From IMG/VR virus record IMGVR_UViG_3300045988_181101: DNA of 64,000 nt. The stretch is one strand, 5' to 3'. A program made the position numbers and the translations under genes. Origin of the DNA: a virus. The notes below the pieces were generated by a model that was not told the origin of the DNA, ran no database searches, and was given only the letters and a program-made list of their open reading frames with translations. This document shows positions 53,701-62,300 of this stretch, piece by piece; position 1 is the stretch's first letter, and each line of letters begins with the position of its first letter.

Positions 53701-56700
53701 AACAAATCTAACTTCATATTGAATGTTACTCATTTTAATATTAAGTTGTTCATCTTTATTTGAAATAACAACAATTCCTGTATAGGTGTTATAATTTGCT
53801 AAAGAAATAGAATAATTGTATTCACCGACTATTCTTTTAAATGTAGCTGCACCTAATGCTGTTGTAGTTTGTCTCTCAGTACCAATTGTAATTACAGCTC
53901 CAATTAACGGATTTGATTTTTCATCTGTGACTATAAAATTAATATTATATTCAATTGCAGTTACATCTATTGTTAAATTTTGATCTGCATCATTTACAAT
54001 AACAGTACCACTTTTTTCAATATAACCAGTTTTAGAAACTTTATAACTATAAGTTCCATTAGGAAATGAAATAGAAGCTTTACCTTTATTATCTGTTACT
54101 AAGGTATTATTATCTATAGAAATAGAAGCGTTATCTACTGGAACTCCATCTCTTAATACTGTAAAATTAACATTATAATAAGGTATTGCAGTTAAATCTA
54201 CATTTATAGTAGCATTATTAATTATATTAAAATCAGATTCCTTCGTAAAATAATCTTTCTTAGAAACAAGATAATGATAAGTTCCAGCTCTCATTAAGAA
54301 AGGATTACCATCTGAAGTTTGATTTACAGTTCCTTGTGCATTTGTTGTTCCTGTATATTGCTGTGTTTGACCACTTCCATCAAAATCACCTGTTAAAACG
54401 ACTGCTGCATTTGCAATAGGTTCAAATCCTTCTCTAACTCTTATTGTAACAGTATAATAAGGTACTTTATTTAATTCAACTGTTATATTAGTACTATCAA
54501 CAACACTTACAGTATTTGAAACACTTATATAATCATACTTTTCTACTGTATAAGTATATAAACCAGGATAAGCTTCAAATAAAACTAATCCATTTTCTCC
54601 TGTAATTTGAGTTTGTTGATTGAAAGTTACCCGAGCATCCTTTAAATAACGACCAGCTTCATCTAAAACTAAAAACGAGATTGTTCTTTGATAAATTCTA
54701 CCTTTTAATTGAACATACTTAATATAATCTACATCTTCAATTGTAAGAATATCTTCTTCTATTTCAAAATCTTGACCTTTTTTAATTGAATAAACATATT
54801 CACCAGGATATAAATTTATAAAAGCTTCACCGTTTATATCAGTTTTTAAAGTTTGTCCTGCTATAGTTATAATTGCATCTTGAATATAATTATTTCTTTC
54901 AGAAAACACTTTAAAAGTAATTTTTCTTTCAGATTTATCTTTAATAAATATACCTTTTAAAATATTCTTATAAGAGATTAAGTATTGTTTAATAAAGGTT
55001 TCAATAGAATTTTCTGATTGAAATGCGTTATTCTTATAATAAGCAGCAATTACATTCTTACCTCCTAAACAACCTTGTTTAAACGGTAATTCAAGAGGTC
55101 TTACTTTTACATCATATATATAAACATTAGGATCTTCATTTGCTTCTCTATTTTGAACAAAAACTGGACATATAAATTTTGTATTTGGTAAAAAGCTTAA
55201 TGCTCTACCTGAAGGAAAATTCAATTTAATTGCATCATAATTCCTTTCATTGTAAGCTAAAATGATACCAGTTAAATTATAATAGAGGTTTTCGTTTACT
55301 AACTCTAAATATTCAGTCGAATGAAATAAGCTATCGTCAGAAAGTTGATATTCTCCATTCTCAATATATTGAGTCTCTATAACATTATAATCTTTATCAT
55401 AACATATAACTCCAAATTGAATTTTAGAATTTATCAAAGAAGATAGTTTAACTCTAATAGAGACTTCGTAATTTAAAGCTGAATCTACAACCAATAATTT
55501 TGATTTATCTTCAGTAGGATAAATACCTGTTTTTTGACTTCCTCCAAAGACCATTGAAGAAATTATTTCATCTTCATTATTGATATCATTAGCAATTCGA
55601 ACATTTGAAGATCTTAATAAAGGATAATTTTTAAGATCAATAATACTCTCAGTAAACTCGTATCCTTTAGTTACATTTGATACTGTATTAGTTCTTTTCC
55701 AACAAGGTGATGAAAATCCTATTGCCCAACTTACATCTTGAGGTCTTAGTACAGCAAAAATAAATTCATCAAGATCATTGTATCTAATCAATCTTAATAA
55801 TTCGCCTAAAATAACTCCTTCTTTATTTACAATATCCAATCTACCTCTCTTCTCATATTCTTTAATATAATTGTAGAAAAGATATTGCATTTGATCTTGT
55901 GATGTTACAAGATTTGATACTAATCCTCTATTTTCAATAAACAATTCAAATAGAATTTGATTAGTATCAATCTCTTTATATTTTCTTGAATAAAGTACAA
56001 TTAAAGCGAATAAATGTGTAATCGTTCCCCAAAACGATTGAAAATCCTTACCACCTTTTTCTATAAATTTAGGTAAAATGTTTGATCCTGAAACTTTAGC
56101 TAAAACATTTTCAGCCCACTTCATTACAGCGGGATCATTTTCTTCGAAAAATCTACTAAAAACTGAACTTTTATAAACAGGATTATCTTGTAATATGAAA
56201 AATTCACTATCAGGACCCCAATACTCTATTTTGATAAATTCAATTTCTTCCTCTGTTAAAGTCCGATCAAATAACATCAAACTATACAAAACAAATCCTT
56301 CAAAATTTCTAAATCTATCAGAAGGATTAGTTTGAGATAAATCTTGAATTTGAGCTCCAATTAATAAAATATCAGAATCTGTTCCAGTTCCAGCTTTTAA
56401 CTCAATCTTATTATTGATTCTATCCTTTGTTAAAAAGATACCTTCTTTCATAGAATTCAATAATTCTGATGAAACATTAATAGGATCACCATTAGAATCA
56501 GGAAAAGAATAAATATATTTATTACCTATAACAAAAGCTCCATTTTGTTGATTACCTTTTCTTTTAGTTACTATTGGATGATTTTCAATTTGTTGTTTAT
56601 CTATATAATCAATTTTTAAAAATACTGTATAATCCTCTAAGATAGGTAAAGATTTGATATCTCCTGAATAACAACAACTATTATTAGCAGCATACGAAAC

Positions 56701-56919
56701 CAATCCGTCATTTAATATTTGAGAAGAATTTTCTTTCTTTTCACCCCAATCAAAGTTAATACAATCTAAATCATAACCATTACCTGAAAGATCTTTTAAA
56801 ATAGGATTTTTCTTCATTTCTTCATTAGTAACATTCTGTCTTGCGACATCATACCAAGCTACTAACGATTCTTGCATCCAAATTGGTTTTTCTTTTTCAA
56901 AAGGATTATATGTTTTCAT
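50737..56919 (-). CDS. giant tail-fibre / receptor-binding protein: LamG-like N-terminus, 11 tandem beta-sandwich repeats, BspA-type LRR C-terminus
   Basis: N-terminus LKDLSGNGYDLDCINF...FEGFVLYSLMLFDRTLTEEEIEFI is Laminin_G_3-like. The C-terminus has repeated F-x-x-C-x-x-L units (FANCLSLNSI, FQDCKSLESV, FKSCSNLQVV, FQNCKNLQYI, FSGCSNLRGD, FEGCSSLTGE). Track start 56925 is TTG; the first ATG is at 56917-56919. Confidence 0.75.
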   Translation of the reverse strand: MKTYNPFEKEKPIWMQESLVAWYDVARQNVTNEEMKKNPILKDLSGNGYDLDCINFDWGEKKENSSQILNDGLVSYAANNSCCYSGDIKSLPILEDYTVFLKIDYIDKQQIENHPIVTKRKGNQQNGAFVIGNKYIYSFPDSNGDPINVSSELLNSMKEGIFLTKDRINNKIELKAGTGTDSDILLIGAQIQDLSQTNPSDRFRNFEGFVLYSLMLFDRTLTEEEIEFIKIEYWGPDSEFFILQDNPVYKSSVFSRFFEENDPAVMKWAENVLAKVSGSNILPKFIEKGGKDFQSFWGTITHLFALIVLYSRKYKEIDTNQILFELFIENRGLVSNLVTSQDQMQYLFYNYIKEYEKRGRLDIVNKEGVILGELLRLIRYNDLDEFIFAVLRPQDVSWAIGFSSPCWKRTNTVSNVTKGYEFTESIIDLKNYPLLRSSNVRIANDINNEDEIISSMVFGGSQKTGIYPTEDKSKLLVVDSALNYEVSIRVKLSSLINSKIQFGVICYDKDYNVIETQYIENGEYQLSDDSLFHSTEYLELVNENLYYNLTGIILAYNERNYDAIKLNFPSGRALSFLPNTKFICPVFVQNREANEDPNVYIYDVKVRPLELPFKQGCLGGKNVIAAYYKNNAFQSENSIETFIKQYLISYKNILKGIFIKDKSERKITFKVFSERNNYIQDAIITIAGQTLKTDINGEAFINLYPGEYVYSIKKGQDFEIEEDILTIEDVDYIKYVQLKGRIYQRTISFLVLDEAGRYLKDARVTFNQQTQITGENGLVLFEAYPGLYTYTVEKYDYISVSNTVSVVDSTNITVELNKVPYYTVTIRVREGFEPIANAAVVLTGDFDGSGQTQQYTGTTNAQGTVNQTSDGNPFLMRAGTYHYLVSKKDYFTKESDFNIINNATINVDLTAIPYYNVNFTVLRDGVPVDNASISIDNNTLVTDNKGKASISFPNGTYSYKVSKTGYIEKSGTVIVNDADQNLTIDVTAIEYNINFIVTDEKSNPLIGAVITIGTERQTTTALGAATFKRIVGEYNYSISLANYNTYTGIVVISNKDEQLNIKMSNIQYEVRFVVRSDGNPVEGASVKCGDRDSILTNRNGEAIFNFASGNYPFSITKEGFERYDSTVEVGNRNTVVPVDLTLSSNVVTFYVRNESGEILSNAAIIINKEVHYTTEEGLASFLLSYGDYHYTVEADGYNYNWGDIRVTNEALNVNVTMYRQTTIVYVLKFTITQESNPAVGALVTINGNIIGYANSEGVVSFNLPNGDYRYTVSNGDFINQTEGNRVISGSNSDVSVNLTRKTTNVTFNTTYIPNPSNPDEKLPVQDVSITFNGSTIKTNQQGKAVFSNVPLSLENKEYRCSKKPPYEDIVQNTTITTENPEIDVVMGESTYSIIFTVVDELSNPIPNAYISCGGQVGNTNPLNSSEPGRLTLRGYGNNLSGYYYTISKEGYQTISGNAIVQNESVFITRTLKRSYTEITFKVQTSDGLALQGASIQIGELNEATDSHGEVLFLVTEQKTYNYKVTYPHCMDSLGSFTNDLTSKTVTVTIEDTMAIVVRGSGVEKISLPILNTSQEGLSNLKVDWGDGTITYGKIFKESLDISQNTEIKISFGSEIGTLRWSCEEAPLLDGIQNKLRYVERFFQNTNQVNFGNGGFYKCILLSRLDKLRVGFVQGSCVRLFANCLSLNSIEPGMLDWAKLGDFTECFANSGLIEVRSGLIENIETVLYLSKMFQDCKSLESVTIQIPSTCTNASAMFKSCSNLQVVSDSIFQNASGLTNASEMFDYTSKLQQMPRIEDLTANVNCNAMFRSSGFSNFRGGFPRNCINADEMFENSQLSSMFAVIESSNLTTLDRTFMGCGNLGTITNIDLRCSNVTSVQFLFSGTGVNSIPSNYFSRLTNCVNFAGVFQNCKNLQYIYGEKESSPFFGCPVESLNSAFSGCSNLRGDLYYLFYSYAVTRRRTQGGNYWKVQGVSAYCKDYSFCFEGCSSLTGESCCSELDDERETFMGWLTALWGFTNGYIPAENMQASSYNSTLYTSKRTGCYRGCVNLSDYNDIPSDWK
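52267..54924 (-). repeat. 11 tandem ~78-90-aa carboxypeptidase-regulatory-like (CarboxypepD_reg/PEGA-type) domain repeats (protein level)
   Basis: The pattern h-x-F-x-V...A-x-V/I...T-D/N-x-x-G-x-A-x-F...G-x-Y-x-Y-x-V/I-x-K-x-G-Y recurs 11 times (e.g. ITFKVFS..., ISFLVLD..., YTVTIRV..., NVNFTVL..., NINFIVT..., EVRFVVR..., VVTFYVR...). Confidence 0.75.
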
Positions 56920-56942
56920 CTTCAATTTTCTATTTTATTTTG

Positions 56943-56972
56943 TAAAGATACAAAATTGAATTCAAAATACAA
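56943..56972 (-). promoter_or_regulatory. candidate promoter (TTG-N19-TATCTTTA) for the giant fibre gene
   Basis: Minus strand GTTG-N19-GTATCTTTACA, 23 nt upstream of ATG 56919. Confidence 0.45.
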
Positions 56973-57036
56973 CTTAAATTATTTCTCATTTATCAAGAAT
57001 AAAAAATTGTATATTCGTATAACAAATTTCTTAATG

Positions 57037-57527
57037 TTATTGTGGAATATCAAAGACAAAAGTTATACAAGCAAATTGATCAAAATTACCCGCTCCTATA
57101 CTATATACTAATTCTCCAGGATTATAATTTCTATTATACACTTGACCATCATTAATAGTTTCAGAAGTACTTCTCCAATTTGTATAATATAGAATTCTTT
57201 GTCTATAATCAGCATTAGCAAATAATTGAATATTAGCTACATTAGGAAATCCAGTTGAATACCAATCTATTTTTCCAGCTTCAACAATAATTATTTCTCC
57301 ATTACGTTGCAATTCAACATTATGAGAACTAAGATTAGCAACAACGAAAAAGAAACTATTAGTAAAGGTGGTATCTGTCCAAACGTAACTTAAATTAAAA
57401 TATAATTGACTCCAATCAAATTCTTTACCAGCAATAAGAGTATTACCAATATAAGCACCAGTTTCAACTTCACCTACTCTAAGCCCCCACTATTTAAAAG
57501 TTGAATACTATTATTTTCATTATTCAT
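57037..57527 (-). CDS. tail-fibre-module protein, reading frame broken at a C5 tract (57484-57488)
   Basis: ATG 57525-57527 gives MNNENNSIQLLNSGG then a stop. The adjoining frame is open from the tract (LRVGEVETGAYIGNTLIAGKEF...) into track ORF 57037..57312. One extra C/G would join them. Confidence 0.55.
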
Positions 57528-57557
57528 AATATTTAAATTTTAAACATTAATAAATAG

Positions 57558-57590
57558 ATTAATCTCGACAAGATTATTGCCGAGATTAAT
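57558..57590 (-). terminator. terminator-like hairpin
   Basis: Perfect 10-bp arms attaatctcg / cgagattaat, 13-nt loop, followed on the minus strand by a U-rich stretch (CUAUUUAUUAAUGUUU). Confidence 0.45.
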
Positions 57591-57625
57591 GCGATTATTT
57601 TAATTAAGATTATCATTATTATTTT

Positions 57626-58351
57626 TTATAAATGTTTAATCATTTCTTCTTTTGTAGCATTAACTGGAGTAAATGTAGCATCTCTCCATGTTAAATTATA
57701 ATCTTCAAAATTCATTCTATAAATAGAACCTCCAGAGGTATCACTTTGAACATATTTAAGTTTACCTCCTTCGCCATTAAAATTTTCATAATCAGTGCCT
57801 ATAATAATTTGTAGATTAGCACAAGAAAAAGTATCATAAAACGTATCAAGATATTGTTTGTTAATACAATCAACACCATTAACTTTTGCAGTTTTAAGTC
57901 TATTGACTCCTTTTTGAGAATGATCTAATTCTATTTGTAAATCAACCCATTGATTAATAAATTCATTAGGAAATTCACAAGATAAAGCATAAAGAGTTCC
58001 AGTATTAATAGTTTTACTTACAAAAACAAAACCACCAGCAAGACCAACTCCCGTAGAACCTATAAACCATTGAATACCACTATTACCAGCAACAGTTTCA
58101 AATCTAACATATTTACCATCTTCATTCTTAAAACCAAAACTAAATTTATCTTGCATAAAAAGAGTATAAATTTTAAGAGCTGCATAATTTTCGACATTTA
58201 GATATGGAGCTTTAGTATTTATTACATCAAAATCTGCATACCACAATCCTTTATCTCTATGATAAAATTGTTTAGTACCTACATAACCGTCATTGATTTC
58301 ATTTGTACCTTGTAATGGATTATCAATATTTATACTACCAATATATAACAT
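57626..58351 (-). CDS. hypothetical structural protein (fibre module)
   Basis: ATG-initiated ORF between fibre-like genes. Confidence 0.5.
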   Translation of the reverse strand: MLYIGSINIDNPLQGTNEINDGYVGTKQFYHRDKGLWYADFDVINTKAPYLNVENYAALKIYTLFMQDKFSFGFKNEDGKYVRFETVAGNSGIQWFIGSTGVGLAGGFVFVSKTINTGTLYALSCEFPNEFINQWVDLQIELDHSQKGVNRLKTAKVNGVDCINKQYLDTFYDTFSCANLQIIIGTDYENFNGEGGKLKYVQSDTSGGSIYRMNFEDYNLTWRDATFTPVNATKEEMIKHL

Positions 58352-58361
58352 AACATTAATA

Positions 58362-59355
58362 TTAATCGGTTACAAAATAAGCTGTATTAGCATCTTTACT
58401 TGAAGAAGCATATTCAGCAGATGTTTTCTTAGTAATAGTAGTAATATTATCAGAATTAACAAGGTCTACAATAATAAATTTAGAATAGTTTGTATCATTA
58501 TGTACTTTTATAAGAATTCTTTTTGTATATAATATGTTATTAGAAGAGTAATAACATACTATGAAATTTAATTCAAAAGATAAGTTATCAGATCTTTTCC
58601 ATGCATTAACAGCTGATAATTCTATACAATTATTATTACTGCTCGAATCAGAATGAAAATAATATCTTGAATGATTAATTAAAATATCATTAACTATATT
58701 TCTAAAATTAGCTAAACTGCCAAATATTTCATTTACAGCTTGTTCTGCTTCTACTCCTGAACTGTTTCTATTAGTAATTAAACTAGTTGGGTTTGCTATA
58801 ATAACTTTACTAAAGAAATCAGTTGAGACCCAAGAACTCCAATTATTATTTAAACGACTTCTTCGTTTAACGCTTAAATCTGAATAACTTATAGCTTCTT
58901 GTACAACATCAGCAATACCTACAACTCTTAACCAACAATAATACGGAGAATAAGGATTACCTGAAACACTTGGACTTATTACATATCCTCCAACTTGAGT
59001 AACATCATCCATTGAACCACTGTCAATAAATTTTACCTTCGTTAAATCATCAACATATTTTTTAGTAGAAGGATTATAATCTCCAGTAGGAGTAAAAACA
59101 GTTGTATTATCTCTTGTTATATATCCAACATTGTTCTCAAAATCTCCAACGTTTGTTGGAACATTAACCTGCGTTATATATTTAGAATCATTTTCTAATT
59201 GACTTACCTTAGTTGGAATATTGAAATATTCTTTAATATTATCAAGTGTTGTTATAAAATTATCTTCTACCCCCCCGAATGAAAGGAAATATTTCAGCTC
59301 CTGTCAAATTTGAATCAGGAGTCATTTCACTTATTTTTAAAGTTGTCTCACTCAT
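58362..59355 (-). CDS. tail-fibre-like protein, reading frame broken at a C7 tract (59270-59276)
   Basis: ATG 59353-59355 overlaps the stop of the J-like gene (ATGA). It gives MSETTLKISEMTPDSNLTGAEIFPFIRGG and stops soon after. The next frame is open from the tract (VEDNFITTLDNIKEYFNIPTK...) straight into track ORF 58362..59012. Removing one C/G joins them. Confidence 0.6.
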
Positions 59356-62300
59356 ATCTTTTCACTTATTAAATTTATATTATCTTCCGAAGTAATATTT
59401 TTCAAACCATTTTCTGAAACAATAGGTATAGGTGGTTGTTCGCTCAATCGAATATTAAGAATCTTACTTACCTTACTATCTATTTCAAATTCTTCAGAAA
59501 ATTCCAAATATTTTTTCGAATTAACTGTTACTGTAACTCTTGAATAACTTGGTAAATTTAAAACAACTGGAGAACCATCATCACTTTGACCTTCGTATGA
59601 AAAAGCTGGATGATATTCGTTTGCATCTGAAGTTACTTTATAGGTATAAGATCTTGGTGTTGCAGCAGTTTTAAAATTTAAACCATCTGAAGTTATTAAA
59701 TATTCATTGTTAGAAGTAATGAAAAATCCTGATGAAATTGTCACATTTAAAGTAACGTCAGGCAAATAAGGTTCAACTTCTATATTAACAATTTCTCCTG
59801 CTGTATTAACTGTTTTTAAAAATGTCTGAGCAGGAAAATAATTCGTTTCTTCTGTAGTTAAATTATATTCTTTACTAAGAAATACTTTAACATTAATGCT
59901 GCTAACTTGACCAAAATCAATATCTCCAAAAAAAAGGTTTCCTACTGATATAGGAAGATTAAAAAGATTGTTTTTATAGAATCTTTTAAATGTTGCTGTA
60001 TCAGTAGCTTCTAATACTAAATCAACATTTACAGTTGAAATTCCTATCGTTATTGTCTCAACTTTTGAAACACCATACTTAGAATAAGTTATTTCATAAT
60101 CGGAACCGATAACTCCTTTAGCTTGGAAATTTCCTTGAGAATCTGTTGTTCCGCTTACTACTTGAGATGTAAATAAATCTTTAACAGAAATTGAAGCACC
60201 TGAAGAATTTACAGCACTTTCTAAAGAATCATCTTTTTCCTTTATATTATAATTAATGTCCCTTGGTTTGAGGGACATTAATACAATTTGTTCTACATCT
60301 TTTTTCTCTACTAAAATTTCACCCGAAGAATCCTCGTAATCAGGAAAAGAAACTTCATAAGTATATTCACCTTCTTCTATATCATCAAATAATGCTACAC
60401 CTAAAGAATTGCTTGTAGTGTTTCCTATAACAACTCCAGTTCCCTTATCTTTCAAAACTGCTGTAGCTCCTACTAATAAAACTTGCGTTCTCTCATCTTT
60501 GATGATAAGACTAACTTTTCTTGCTTTAGGGGTTGCAAAAACTACTCTTTCAATATCCTCATCTAAAACATCAATAGATCCACTTGTAGTTCTATAATCA
60601 TTTTGAGTAATTGTGTATTGATATGTTCCATTTGAAAGAACAAAGTCAACTTCTCCGTTTATATCTGTATAATATGATTGATTGTTTATAAAAACTTTTG
60701 CATTATTAACAAAACTACCTGTTAATGAATCTTTAACTATTAATTTTATATTCCAATAAGCTAACGATAAATAAACAACTCTACTTACATTACCGTTATC
60801 AACTACAATAGATCCCGTTACAGGGGTATATCCTGAATAATTTATCGAATATTCGTGAGTACCATTCGGAATTGATGCAACAGCATTACCATTTGAATCA
60901 GTTGAATAATTTTGTCCATCTATAGTTACTACAGCTCCTTTTATAGGTTTATTTGTTCCACCTTCTAAAACAGTAAACGTTACTATATATGGCATTGGGT
61001 TTAAATCAATTAAAATATTATTTCTATCTTGAACTTTTATCTTAATTTGATCATCATAATCTATATACCCTTCTTTCTTTACAATTGTATTATAAGTACC
61101 TTCAGTTAAATTTAATCGAAGTTGACCATTTTCATCTGTATCTTCAATTAAATCTTGGATTAATACTTTTGCAGTAGGTACAAAAATATTGTTTTTAGAA
61201 TCTATAACACTAATATTGACAACTTGAGGTTCAGGAAAAATATATTCAGTAATATCAACATCTTCAATTCCTATAGTTACAGCATTCGAAATTTGTATAT
61301 AACCCTCTTTTTTAATTGTATAGGAATAAGAACCAGGCTCAAGTTTTATACTTACATGTCCATTTTCATCTGTATTTAAAACTTGATTATTTATATTGAT
61401 TTCAACATCTTCTGCAGGTAGAGTTCCTTGTAAAACTGTAAAATTCAAAGAATGTTGTACAGCACTAAAATCATTTATAGTTATATAAACAGCAGCATTT
61501 AATACTATAAACGATCCTTCTTTTGAATTCCAATTTAATTTTGTAAGAACGTAATTATATTCACCATTCTCTAATTTTATAAATGCTTGACCATTTTCAT
61601 CTGTGATAAGAATTTTATCACCAACATTTATTACAGCTCCTTCAACAATAGAATTTCTCGTTGTAGTAACTGTAAAATATACGTATTGTGTTCTTGTTAA
61701 AACTTGACTCTGATTACCTTTATATATATCTTCTTTTATAGCAGGATAAAATAAATTAGATAATGTTTGTCCGGAATCATAGAGAATGTTCCCATTTAAA
61801 TCTCTCATTCTAAATCCTCTAATTCGAGGTAATTGATTTAATGGAACTTCTTCGTCAAATGATGGATAAAAATATTCATCAGGAACATACTTTACACCTG
61901 TTGCTGTTTTTACAATAGATAACAAATCATCCCATTGAATAGATTTACCAGGTGTCCAAAAACGAAAATCAAGATATTTTGTAAGTGCTACTTGAATGTT
62001 TTTTCTTACAGTTGCAACGTTATATTCTGCAGATAATTCAATTCTAAAATCTATACCTACATCACCTCCAACATATTTCCATTCAGCATTTTTCAATTCA
62101 ACTCCAAGAGCATTACCTTGAACATTTATATCAGATAAAGATAAATAAGGAGTTGCTTTTTGCAACAAGACATCTAATTCTTCATCTGTAAAAAACGAAC
62201 CGTTCTGAGTAATTAAGTAAATGTAAATTTTAGCATTTTCACCTAATCCAACATTCATTACCTTTAATACTCGAGGATCAAGATCTTGAAAAATTTGAGT

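Noticed and set aside
3377-56925. Extended N-termini given by the ORF track at 3445, 8098, 15535, 17490, 19207, 21639, 40719 and 56925
   Set aside because: Checking the DNA shows these starts are TTG or GTG codons. Several fall inside the upstream gene or inside the promoter-like motif itself. I moved each start to the first ATG.
52267-61685. Possible CRISPR array or DNA-level tandem repeats in the long repetitive genes
   Set aside because: The periodicity is about 240 nt and exists only at protein-domain level inside intact ORFs. There are no short direct repeats with unique spacers anywhere in the window.
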